Shown piece after piece: positions 1-12,078 of a DNA stretch of 64,000 nt. The stretch spans positions 124,001 to 188,000 of the forward strand of contig CDMY01000366.1 of assembly GCA_001179505.1 (NCBI GenBank), written 5' to 3'. The stretch's first letter is position 1. Every line of letters starts with the position of its first letter. Both the position numbers and the translations under genes were made by a program. A model generated the notes under the pieces. It was not told the origin of the DNA and searched no databases. It worked only from the letters and a program-made list of their open reading frames with translations. The stretch is from Vitrella brassicaformis CCMP3155 (taxonomy: Eukaryota > Protista > Chromerida).

Positions 1-337
1 GCCGCTGCACTGGGAGGTCCATGCGATGGGTGGTAGTGCGTCACGGTGGCATGGCCCGCTCATGAAGACCAGCGATCACGCCGCCATCGCTCTGAAAACA
101 CAAAGCAGGCAGACAATGCATTGAAGCGGCCGTGCCCATCACCATCTTACCGGCCGAGGAGGAGCCCCTGCTGAGTCGTTGCTTGCGCCAGTCAGATCTG
201 CTCATTGCATTTCTTCGCTGTTGAGCCCAGATGGCCTACGCAGCAGCCACGTATACCACGGCAGCGAATCTCGTCCCTGGCACCGATGCAAGCTCAGTTG
301 CGATCTCGCCACTGAAACGGAGAAGGAAGGAGCGGAG

Positions 338-2530
338 ATGAGCAGCGCACAAACAAAGGTGTCGTTCGGCTTCACATCATGGCAGCAGGTGCGATCATCC
401 ACCTGTAAAAACAATCACAAGACAATCACTCTATCGACTCTCCGCTTCCTGCCTCCTGTCCTTTGTGCCTGCCTTTAATTCTGTGCATGCAATGCAGGGT
501 GCCCTGGTGGCGAGCAAGAAGTTCTACCCGCCGAATGCCAAGACGGGCGTCGACCAGCTGACCTTCTATGCGAATCAATACCCCTGTGTGGAAGTGGACT
601 CATCGCACTATGCCATGCCCACAGGTCAGGCAGGCCGCACACAAGAGCTTAGCTGGATGAATGCCATCCATTCCGATGCGTGCATTCATTCACTCATGAA
701 TGACTGGCTGCAGAGCGCCGCACCAAGGAGTGGGCGGCCGCTGTCCCCAAGGGCTTTCTATTCCACGTAAAAGTATTCGGCCTTTTTGCTAAGATGAAAG
801 TGCCCGTCGGCGCCATACCCAGAGAGGTCTGTTGAGCGAGCCACTGGCCAGACAGACGTGACATCACTATTTCTCACTGTGTGTCAGTGCCGTGAGGGTC
901 TGCCGGTGGCCGAAACGTCGGCCGCTGAGTCGAGCAAGGGCGAGGCGCAGCTCAGCTATGAAGATCTCGATGACGACACGCGCGACAAGCTGTGGAGCCG
1001 ATACGTCGAGGGAATGCGGCCGCTGGCCGACGCCAAGAAACTCGGATGCGTACTGTTCCAGTTCCAGCTGAATTTTGCGCCGACTGACGGCAATCGTGCT
1101 TACCTGGAGGAGTGTGTTGACCGACTGTCTGCCCTCAAGACCACCCTTGTGTGCGAGTGAGTGAGCAACACGATGACAGACAGACAGAGGAAAGGCGACA
1201 GAGAGAGAATTGTCCGTTACTTACTGTTGTGCCCATCAATCAGGTTTCGGCATAAGGCGTGGAGCGAACAGCAGGTGAGGAACAGACAAGGAAGGACGCA
1301 GACAGACATGCACAGACATTCCGAGTCACGATCGATCGTGTGTGTCGGGTGGGGGCAGAATTTGTCCTTCCTCTTGAAGAATGGCATCGGCCTGGTGCTC
1401 ACAGACGATGACTCGACATCCACGCAAAACGTAACTACCGTACGTCAATATGCTATGTACTGAGAGAATCAATCAATGTGTACATGATAATATGATTCCT
1501 GTCTGCCTGCCTGTACCTGTACCTGCCTGTGTCGATGGTGGGTGGGTGCTGCGGTGTCCGGCTCCATTAATGCCTGCAGGTGAACTTTCGGGATGTGCTA
1601 TCGACCACCAAGGACAGCTCCATCATTTACTTCAGGTGGGCTGCGCATCCCATCCATCTATACAAAAGCGACCACATCCGATCGGGCACTCTGTTCTGTC
1701 TGTTTTTCTGTCTGTCGATGCAGGTTGCACCGCCGGTATGGCGACTACCGTCTGCTGGACGACAGGGAGATCGGTGTGTGGCGCGACCTGCTCAAGGAGG
1801 CTTGCCAAAAGCCGACACGAAAAGTAGGTGATCGATCGGATCGATCCATCAATCATATATGCATACATACATACCGGCCTTTGGTTGGATGCTCCACGCC
1901 ACACCTGTGCCTGCTATGCGATGCCTGAAATGTATGCGATTTTATATATTAGGTTTTCGTCCTTGTCGGCACGTAAGCAACACGATGCACCGCACCTTGC
2001 TGTCTGTTGTTGTCATACTCACTCTCTGCCATCCCTCCTGCAGTGACGCTGAGGACCACACTCTCCTCAACACGCGGCGGCTGGAGCAGGCCATCGCGCC
2101 CGACGGACTAGCGGACGACTGGCGGGAGCAGCGCAAGCAGGCCAACCCCCTCCTGCGGATGCTCAGGAATGCCGCCGCAGCCAAGGCAGCCAAACAAGAA
2201 CAGACATCTGACGGACCTACTGCCGAGAGTGCTGCCGCCTCTGCTGGTGCTGGTGCTGCTGATGCTGGTGCTGGCGGATCACCAGGCGTCAAGCGAGAGC
2301 TTGAGGAGACCGACGAGGGGAGAGAGGGGGAGGCAGAGGGGGCTGGTGGTGATAGTGAGAAGAATGAGACAGCAGAGAGGCCAAAGAAGCAGGCCAAGAC
2401 AGCGAGTGTTAGCGGTGGGAAAGGTAGGAAGGGCGGGAAGGAAAAGGGAAAGGGCAAGGATGCCAAAGGCAAAGGTCAGCCAGACATCCGGGGCTTCTTT
2501 CTCAAGGGTGTCAACAAAGAAACACAGTGA
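338..2530 (+). CDS. DUF72 (UPF0759/YecE-like TIM-barrel) protein, multi-exon, with charged C-terminal tail ending in a PIP-box-like motif
   Basis: Spliced exons read MSSAQTKVSFGFTSWQQ | GALVASKKFYPPNAKTGVDQLTFYANQYPCVEVDSSHYAMPT | ERRTKEWAAAVPKGFLFHVKVFG | ...LGCVLFQFQLNFAP...LVCE | FRHKAW | ...IIYFR | VHRRYG..., which follow the DUF72 motif order. The start codon is uncertain. Confidence 0.8.
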
Positions 2531-2777
2531 CTGCCCGACGATCTGCAATCAATGGACCTCTCCCTCAATGCATTCGTAGCCTTCATTCTTGTTTTTTCAC
2601 CCAAGCAAGTGTGTCTCGTGTCTCTGTCTCTGTCTGCCCCGCGGCTGTGCGGTCATCCTCGACAAATCTCATGTACAGGAGCCTACACATGAACGATACG
2701 CATCCATCACACAGCTTGTTCGCAGCAGACACCAAACAAGGCCGCCGATTTCGGCAGGCAGGTAGGCAGGAGATCAA

Positions 2778-3750
2778 TCAACATGGCGGTGCCTCGGGAA
2801 AGTACCCCAGCACCCTGTTGTAGACCTGAAGCACGAAGTTGGCCGCCTCTAAACACACACGAGACAGAAAGAGAAATGCCTCATGTAATCAGTAGCGCTT
2901 CTGTGTCCGTCACTTACCAGAAAAGTCGAGTCTTCCGTCTTTGTTGGCGTCACACTCTTGGAACAGACCAACCCAAGTCTGCACACGCACAGATACACAC
3001 ACACACGGTGACGAACCATACACACAAATCAATGCCATTTCTGTCCTGTCCGTTGGCACCGACCGAATGTGGGAGTGGCGGCACGGCGAGGCCGTGGTGC
3101 AGGAAGATGCGCCGAATGAAGGCCATCATCTCACCAGTGGGCCACTGCAGGAACCCGTCGCCGTCCAAATCAACCTCGCGAATGATGTCCCACAAATTCT
3201 CTGTGTGCACCTGCATCGATTCTCACAGATGACAGACGAGCCTCTCTCCGGTCCCTGCACCCATACCCCATACAGTACATGTGCGCATGCTTACATCCCA
3301 CTCAGTCGTGTAGCTCTGAATGCCGTCAGTATGTGTCTCGAACACTTTCCACACCTCAGTCACCACATCAATGGCCTCCAGCTCGCCCCTCCCCCCCACA
3401 CTCATCGGCCGCACTCCACCACCAGACGCAGGCCCGGGAATGCCGCCCCCGAACGTGCCAACAGGACGGGCGGAATACCCGGGGGCGGCACTCACGGGGG
3501 GAGGAAGAAACGGCGCTGCAGGCGGACGAGCAGGGAATACGACGGGCGGTCTCCCAGGTATGGGAGGGAAAGGGGCGACGGGGCCGGTTGGCGGCCTGAA
3601 GGAGCCACTCGGCGGCATCAGAGGAGGGCGGACAGTCACTGAGGGAGGCGGCGGGGCGATGGGGGGACGGATGAATGGAGGACCTGGGGGGGCGCCAAGC
3701 GGTGGCCGAACAGGAGGGCCACTCCAATGACCTTGCGGTGGCAACAGCAT
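2778..3750 (-). CDS. Proline-rich, EF-hand pair calcium-binding protein (4 exons)
   Basis: Pro-rich N-terminus, then EVDLDGDGFLQW and ECDANKDGRLDFSE EF-hand loops. GT-AG introns join in frame. Stop TGA at 2778-2780. Confidence 0.75.
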
Positions 3751-3981
3751 CGTGAAAAAGCGACGATTGCGGCGATTGGATTCACACAGCAAAGCAATTG
3801 CGAGCTTAAAGGTGACGTCTTGAATTGGCGGTGACGAGAGAGAAGAAAATGGTGAGCCGTGCCACCCTCAGGACACACCATAGTCGGCATCTGATGAAAC
3901 GACGATAAATCTCTCCACTTCTGCATCGGCAACCCGAACCATTGCGTGTCTGCCTTGAAGTTGTCACGTGCTCTTTCGCCC

Positions 3982-5741
3982 ATGTGGAGTGATCCTTCGG
4001 CAGGGCGCTCGGCGTCCCTCGCTGCCCCTCCCTCATCGAGTGCGCAGGCTGCCAGCGGGCCGACGCCGGGCACGTCAGATCCCGGGCCTTCGAGCAGCAG
4101 CTCATCTGGGCCTCCCAAGAAGCCGCTGGTCAAGCTGCAGAGGTTCGGCGCATGCTTTGCCAAGGAAGCCGTCGACCTCAGTGAGTCAGTCGGAAGGAGG
4201 AAGGAAGAACACTCGACATGGGATGAGTGGGTATTACAGGGTTTTACCATGTGGCCTGCCTGTGTGTCATTTAGATGAGCTGCGTGAGCTGTTGTGGTCT
4301 GGTGTGCCCGATGAGGCGGATCCCAGCGTAAGGGCCAAGGCGTGGCAACTCATGCTGGTGAGTGAGCTTAGGAAGAGGGAGGGAGCCAAGATCTATGACG
4401 TTGCAACCGTCGATGCATTTGTTTGCTGTGTGTGCGCCTACCCTGCTTCACTCAGGGCTATCTTCCTGTTCACGTGGAGAGGCAAGTCACAGGTGAGCGA
4501 CAAGCAAGTGAAGTGTGTGGATTGATTGATCGGAAGCACTCTCATTCACTCACTGCAGGTCTCTCCAAGAAGAGGAGGGAATATCGGGAGCTTGTCAAGG
4601 TCAGACAGACAGAGCACACGGACGGCTGTGTGTGTGACTGATGTAGACAAACACAACCAGCAGTGGGTGGGTGATGGATGTTCTGTGTGCAGGATTACTT
4701 TGAGCGCTCGCCCGAGATGAGATCTGACAACGAGAACCAAATACTCAGACAGGTCGGCAATTGACCACTTCATTACCACCGCCACCGCCACCAGCAGCAG
4801 CAGCAGCGGTTTTCCTTCTCCCTCTCTGTGTGAGTGTCGGCCAGATCCGTGTGGACATTCCTCGTACGAATCCGGGTTTCAAGTTCTTCGGCGATGCCGT
4901 CATGCACGGCATCATGGAGAGGACGCTGTTCATTTGGGCGCTCAGGAACCCTGCAAGCGGATATGTGCAGGTAGGTGCACTGCACACGGAGGAAGGGGAT
5001 AGACAGACCATGGCAACAGAACTAAGACATCCATCCATTTGTTGCGCCGGCCTGTGTGTGCAGGGCATTAACGATTTGATCACCCCTTTCCTCGTGGTCT
5101 TTCTCGCCTCCTACCTCAACAAGAGAGGTACACACACATTTCCTTCCCATGGCGCGTGGCGTGTTGTGTGGTGAGCGATCCACGTATCCATCCATGCATA
5201 TGTATGTGTGTGCAGATGAGGATCTTCACGAGTTGGAGATCAGTGAGGTGCCGTCCGAGGTGCTCGAGCACATCGAGGCCGACGCATACTGGTGCCTCTC
5301 AAAAATGCTCGCAGACATACAAGTCAGTCAGTCTCCCAGGAAGGAGGGGACAGCTGCCGGAAGGAAGCAGCGCACTCCGACCCTATCGCCACAAATGTTA
5401 TGCGTGCATGTGTGTGTGTGTGTGTGTGTGGCTCAGGACCACTACACGTTTGGTCAGCCGGGGATTCAGCGGATGGTGCTGAGGCTCAAGGAGATCGTCA
5501 AAAGAATTGACGGTCGGTGGGCCGGCGACGCGACTCGCGCCACCGATGCGATGCACACACATCTGCATTGCTCTGTGTGTGTGCGGGTCATATATCTGCG
5601 CAGAGGCGCTGTACGACCATTTGACCAACAACGGGTTGGAGTTTCTCCAGTTCTCATTCAGATGGATGAACTGCTTTCTAATGAGGTAGGGAGGGACGAC
5701 ACACAGACTGACCAATGAGGCAAAAGCCAAAGATGCTCCCG

Positions 5742-5779
<38 letters not shown>

Positions 5780-6359
5780 TGTGTGTTGACTGACAGGGAG
5801 TTTCCGATGCGTTGTGTGATACGTCTGTGGGACACGTACATAGCCGAGCAAGCCAGCGGCTTCTCCAACTTCCATGTCTACGTATGCGCAGGTGGGCAGG
5901 CGGCACACACAGAGGAGGCAGGCCGGCCGCTTCACAGAACAGACGGACGATAGGTCGGTCTTTCCTCCTGTCCGTGTGTATGTATGTGTGATTGGCAGTC
6001 TTCTTAGTTTACTGGGCTCCTCAGCTCAAGATGATGGACTTTCAACAGGTGGGTGCTTACACACTCGATAGATCTCATATGCCTGTCTGTCTATCTGTCT
6101 GTCTGGGTGTCTGAGTGTATGTCTGGGTGTGTCGCACGTCTTGTGTTGCGTGTGGTGCAGATGATGTTGTTCATGCAGAAGTTCCCGACCGAGCAGTGGC
6201 GGCCGCAGCAAATCGAAACACTACTCGCCGAGGCGTAAGCCAGCGCGCACACACACTGCCCAAAGCCCTCCCATCCACTCCCTCCACTTATGCACTCGTG
6301 TGTGTGATAGGTATGTGCTCAAGAGTTTGTTCCACTCGTCCCCCAAGCACCTCTCGTAA
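3982..6359 (+). CDS. TBC1D22: TBC-domain Rab GTPase-activating protein (TBC1D22/Gyp1 family)
   Basis: Motifs LRELLWSGVP, AWQLMLGYLP, QIRVDIPRT (Arg finger), GYVQGINDL (Gln finger), IEADAYWCLSK, QFSFRWMNCFLMREF, IRLWDTY, ending YVLKSLFHSSPKHLS*. About 14 exons; the start is approximate. Confidence 0.92.
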
Positions 6360-6655
6360 AGGCCGGCCTCCAGTGAGTCAGTGGCTGGCTCGCTGCGTGG
6401 CTGCGTGCGCGGGCGGGCGGGTGGGTGGGCGGGTGTCGGGTGGGTGGACCTATGTAGCGACATCTCTTCCTGTGTGGACGAATGAATGCGTGGGCTGGAT
6501 GGATGGATAACAAAATACCGGGTCCCGTAGTTGGTGCATCGCCACGCAAAAGTGACCGTCCCTGTTCGGCACACACCATGCATGTGCGCACACACACATC
6601 CATAAACAGCCGGGATGAGTTCAAGGAGTGTGTAAATTCAAATGCAATCGCCGCG

Positions 6656-8131
6656 ATGGCGATGCATCTCTCTTCCTTTGCTGGGGCGCTCTTTGTTCTG
6701 TGGACTATCCCCTGTCACTATTGCCAGTCCCTTTGCAATGATCCAGAGTATCCCATGCAACAGACGCCGATCAGCCTGCCCGACCCGGCATCCATCGGCC
6801 GATCAGCAAAGGCGCTGTTCTACCGCCTTCCGCCGGTGCGAAACATGCCCGTCTTCAAGACCTCAGGAACGGAGCTGACCCTCACCTTCCCAAAGTACAT
6901 CGGAGGCTTCGGCTATGATGTGGCCTTCCCGCCCTCCGCCGCTTACCGGCTGTACCTCATCCGCATCCTCATGCCCTCAGAGCACACCTGGCAGGACGAG
7001 GAGAGGGCTGCTGAAGTGCAGCTATGGGGCAGGAGGGCCGGCGTGGCGCCAGGGCAGACCGACAGCATCGGTGTGGCCTCCTTTGGTGTGTCTGAGGGGA
7101 CGACGGCCAGCCCGTTCCTTCACGCCGTGGCCAAGGATTTGGCGCTTCATGTCAGCGATCTGCCTCATGCCTTCCGGGAGGGCCCCCTCAACCTATCGTC
7201 CCTCTTCGCTGCGGATGACACGACAATGAGCCACGACCAGGGCGTGGCGTTCTTTGTCTACAACGGGTCACTGACGGAGGAGCCATGCTGCGGGATGGTC
7301 AAGTGGTTCATCAGGGCTACGCCGGTCCGAGCACATGCGGAGCAGCTGATGATGCTGAGGAGGTTTGCTGCACAGAACATGACAAGCAAGCCGCCAGCCA
7401 TGCGGCGACCCATCCAGGTAGGCATGCCTCAAATTACAGAATCTTTATCATAACCGACCGACGTTTCCTTCTGTTTGTTGTCTGTCTGTCTGCCAGCCCA
7501 TCAAGTGCGGCATCCCCTCAGAGCGAGTGACTCTTGTTTCTGCTGTAGATGCCACCTCGCTGGGCAAGTACCAGCACACAGCAAAGGCCAAGGCGGCCCC
7601 GCCCGACCCCATGGCACGTCTGTCGATATCCGAGGTGACCGAGAAGGTCGAGGAGCTCAAAGAGGGCCTTGACACTGCCGAAATGGAGTTACGTCGCCCA
7701 TCCCATGCAAGGGAATGTTCTTTTCACTACATGGGTTCTTTGTCTGCGCAGGTGAAGTCGGCCACCGCACGATTGAAGCAGCGCGAGGACCACCTGAAGG
7801 CTTTGGAAACCGAAGACCAAGACGACACATCGACAGCCGAGTCCACGAAAACTTCGGTATGGAAGGCAAGAACGGGGATGACGAAGCTGCAATTTTGTCT
7901 CTCTCTTCCTTTTGTGTTAGTCATGGATTGTGGACTATGAAGGCGAGTCGAAGCCGACCAAGGCGCGAAACGAGTAAGCAGGGAGGGTTCACTTCAATGG
8001 ATGCCAAAGTGTCATTCTTGTGTGTCAGGTACAACGAAGTGTTGGCTGAGTTGGCTTCTGCGGAGGACAAGCTGCGCACCATCCATGCGCAGCTAAGGCG
8101 ATACAACGAACGGCTGAGGTGCCTCAATCAG
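6656..8131 (+). CDS. Secreted alpha-carbonic anhydrase-related protein lacking the Zn ligands, followed by a coiled coil (3' end of model unresolved)
   Basis: Signal-peptide-like MAMHLSSFAGALFVLWTIPC. Alpha-CA landmarks are QTPISL, PSEH, YNGSLTEEPCCGMVKW and RRPIQ. Downstream exons encode a coiled coil (EVTEKVEELKEGL..., YNEVLAELASAEDKL...). Confidence 0.65.
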
Positions 8132-8570
8132 GTGTGGGGCCAGGCAGGCATGAAAAGCAGAGAGTGCAAAAGGTTCGTGATGTCCGCCACCTTCGTTGCT
8201 GCATGTAGGAGGAGGACACAGGGCGCAAGCCGTGGCATTTTGAGATGCGAGTCCCTCCACACAGCCCCATCTATCCTGTAGACGCAGGTGTCTGCTTGCA
8301 TTCCCCATTTTCTCGTGTTCATGTATTGTCTTAAGACTGTCTCTCCCATGGGTTTCAGGTTGTTTGGCTGACCCCTACTGTCGCGTTGACGTAGAGGAAT
8401 GGTCCCCAACCCCCCCGCTCCCAGCGAGAGACTGGCAGCACCATCCGCTACGCGCCAACCTGATGCAGCCCGACCTTCCTGATCTCGAATACCCCACTTG
8501 TGTGGAGGTGGTGGACGCACCGCTACCTCAGCCCGTTCACGCCATCGAGAGGCCCAAGGAGGCTGTCGTT

Positions 8571-8610
8571 CGGTCTGACGTCACGTCGGGTCCGACGTGA
8601 CGTCAGACCG
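8571..8610. repeat. Perfect 19-bp inverted repeat with 2-nt spacer, containing two TGACGTCA octamers
   Basis: cggtctgacgtcacgtcgg-gt-ccgacgtgacgtcagaccg; the arms at 8571-8589 and 8592-8610 are exact reverse complements. Confidence 0.95.
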
Positions 8611-8617
8611 TGTGGCC

Positions 8618-11167
8618 ATGGGGATAGCCGAGAAGGGACAGTCGCTGGCTGATGCTATGGTCACCTTTGGGAGCAAGGAGGCCCTTAGCAAGGCCATCGA
8701 GAAGAGTATTGCCGGCACTCTTGGTGGGCGCCCAGATGCAGGGAACGGACGGCGGGAAAAATGGGTGAACACTTACTACTTTCTTGTGCTGCTTGTCTCA
8801 GGGGTGTCGTCTGCGGCTGTGGTTGTCCGTAATCTGACGGATTGTGTCATAGTGGACTTGAGCATTGGCAGCGACGTGGCGGGCTCCAATGTCACGGCAG
8901 CCATACAGGCCCATCTCGATGACCCCAATAGCCCTCTCCGCACGGGCCCTCTGGGGCCCTATATGTCAAAGGCCTTTGTCAAGGACGCCACACAGCCCAC
9001 AACAGCTGCAACAGCTACGAAAACTGCCAGTATGGGTGCACTACAGAAGACTCGGAGGTCATTCTGGTCGTTCCTTCAGCCGTTCAGGCATGTACATCAG
9101 GTGAGCAAGGGCATCCTGCCTTCTTCTTCTCTTCCAAGCTGCATCAAGTGTGTCTCCTTCTCCTGTCTGTCTTTGCAACAGCGTAGTGTGCAGCGCGAAG
9201 CCACCATCCGTCATGGCTTCTCTCAGCCCGCCCTGTCCGGCGGGCCACACAGCGTGGAGCTGCGTGTCAAAGACCAGACAGACGAGGACCTGCCCGCCAC
9301 CTTCCAAGAAAAGCTGATCGACGAGCTGACCAGGGCGGCTAACATCGCACATGTAAGTGGCGTGGACAGTCTGCCGCCCGCCCTGTGAATGTGCGAATGT
9401 GTGTGCTGGTCGGTCAGGATAGCATGAGTGTCGAGTCCACGTCTCCCGGTGTCGACGTGGATGTGGAGGTCATACCATCGGAAGAAGGACAGACTGCACA
9501 GCAGGTGGGTCGCAATGAGCCGCGTACACCTACCTCCTGCAGGCCATGGATAGATTCCAATGCATTCATTGATCAGATGGTGGAGGCGATTGATGCGGCG
9601 CTGGCTGATCCATCCAGCAGCATCCGCACTGAGGCCGAGGGATTCCTGGCGACCGCAGTCGTCGAGACGCGTGTCATTCCCGTAAGCCCGCTCGACCAAG
9701 TCTGGCAAGACCAGTCGAGCAGCCTTGCTTGCACATCCTTTGTGTCTCTGTGCAGCCCCCCGCATCAATATCGACGCACTCACCACCTCCAATGTCAGTC
9801 GACGTCACGCCAACAACGAGCCCGCTGGACAACAAGGGGACGCGCCCGTCTGAGGCTGCCTCGAGCATCGGATCTTCCAGCGGTGCCCCAATGCTGCTCC
9901 TGACGAGCCATCTGCCGACAAGTCCAGTGGGAGTTCGGGGGAGAGATTGCCGCAACAAGAGACGACTCAAGGGCCGCTTGTTGGAGGGACGGGACAGCCA
10001 CCGACAGCGAAGGCATCTGCATCGCAGTCTCCGCAACAAGACGGCGGGCAAACCACGACCCTATCGCCCCCCACAAATGCAGCGAGACTCGGGCCCACCC
10101 GCACCCCGTTGCAGCCCTCTCCAGCTCCACAAGGACGGTCTCGAGGTCTACCGCAAGGCACGAGTCAAGCCACACCAGGCGAGGCAGCAACAACGTCAGC
10201 ATCAACGTCAACATCAGCCCCCTCCGCCGCTTCCCCTTCCTCCCCTTCTCGCCCATCCCCTTCGTTCCCAAAGCAAGTGGCCGACCAGGTGCCGCAGGCG
10301 ATGCCGCCCGTCCAGGAGCCTGTCCCAAGCACACAGCCGCCAGCCGTCAAACAGCCAGTGGAGACACGCACACCCGACCCGGCTCACCAAGTCTCGGAGA
10401 CCACCACCCAGCCATCGACCCAAGACCGTGCTAAGACGGCATCTGGTGGGGGTGCAGCGACACGCACACCGACAGGAGTGGCCACAATGGCGCCTCCACC
10501 GGCAGCAGCTGGGACAAGACAGCAGGCTGCACATGGTGAGGTGGCATCGACCGCTGCCCCTCCGGCACCGACCAGCGGGACTTCGCCTCCTTCAAGCACC
10601 ACCTCTCTGCCGTCTGTGGAGGCAACGACTGTTGCCTCTCCGCCCGCAGCTGGTGCTGCCCCACCACCGTCAGGGGCCACCACCAACATGCCACAGACGC
10701 AGACGGCCTCTGGTGCATCCCCCGTCCCTACCCCCACACCGACAAGTGGTGCCGTGCCACAGCCGGTCCCAGGCGGCACGCCACAACCCGCTGCGGGTGG
10801 TGCAGCAGGGGGCGACTGGCGGTCATGGTGGCAAACCACTACCACCACACCCCAGCCCCCAGCAGCATCAGTGACAGAGCCTCTCTATCTCCCCCCAGCC
10901 ACCACCCTGTCGCCCAACGAGTCCGGCAACTACACACTAACGGACCCTTTAGGGCTGTCGTCAGGTCCGTCTCGGCCCGTCTTCCCGCCTTCATCCAGAC
11001 AAAGTAGCCATGGGAATCCACCCACACAGGAGCATGCCAGTGCCGACAGGGCCGCACATGCGGATGTGGGCGGGGGCGGGGGTAAAGGTGGCGCGACGTA
11101 TTTGGTCATGCGGAGTGAGAGAGTGTCGCATTCGAGATCGTATAGCGGGAGAAAGCGGCGCGCGTGA
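8618..11167 (+). CDS. Hypothetical protein with two related globular modules and a long Ser/Thr/Pro/Ala/Gln mucin-like region; possibly the 3' part of the upstream CA-like gene
   Basis: ORFs 8597-9388, 9385-9903 and 9947-11167 can be linked by GT-AG introns. The modules end HLDDPNSPLRTG and ALADPSSSIRTE. There is an unexplained frame switch near 9886. Confidence 0.45.
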
Positions 11168-11672
11168 GGCAGGCAGACAGACAGACAGATGTTTGTGGCA
11201 GCTTTTGGTGTATGTATTGTTTATGAGACCGAGAGGGCTTTGAGGCACGAGTGTCCCACACAAATGTGCACACATTGATTGCATTCCACATGGTCAAAAC
11301 TGTTGCATGTCAATTGTCGTTCCTGTGCAGACAGACGTATGGATGGTATGAATGAACGACACAATGCCATGCCTGTTCTTCGACAGACAGGGAGGAAAAC
11401 CCATCCATCACACACAGCACAGCACAGCACAGGCAGACACCACACCACCAGCACTCACTCACTGCACGTGTCACAGTGTGTGTGTCAGTCATGTCCTCCC
11501 CTTGACTACAAAGACGCTGCCATATGTGTGTGCATCATTATGGTTCGTGTATATGATATGCTGTGTGAAAGGCAACACAGACACACACACACACACACGC
11601 ACCCACAGCACGAACGGGCTGGGCTCTATACACAACCCAAAAAATCCCTCCGTCAAATCGGATGAATCCCTC

Positions 11673-11972
11673 NNNNNNNNNNNNNNNNNNNNNNNNNNNN
11701 NNNNNNNNNNNNNNNNNNNNNNNNNNNNNNNNNNNNNNNNNNNNNNNNNNNNNNNNNNNNNNNNNNNNNNNNNNNNNNNNNNNNNNNNNNNNNNNNNNNN
11801 NNNNNNNNNNNNNNNNNNNNNNNNNNNNNNNNNNNNNNNNNNNNNNNNNNNNNNNNNNNNNNNNNNNNNNNNNNNNNNNNNNNNNNNNNNNNNNNNNNNN
11901 NNNNNNNNNNNNNNNNNNNNNNNNNNNNNNNNNNNNNNNNNNNNNNNNNNNNNNNNNNNNNNNNNNNNNNNN
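11673..11972. other. Assembly gap (300 N)
   Basis: Run of n characters. Confidence 1.
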
Positions 11973-12078
11973 TGGCTGGCTGTCACACAACAGCTGGGCT
12001 GGTGCGACAGGCTTCTTCAGCCATTACATTAAACGTGTACCATGCACGAATGGTTGCAACTCTCCATCCATCCATCCA

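Noticed and set aside
8571-8610. Programmed -1 frameshift stimulated by the hairpin
   Set aside because: There is no slippery heptamer upstream, and the -1 frame has a stop at 8576-8578, before the stem could act.
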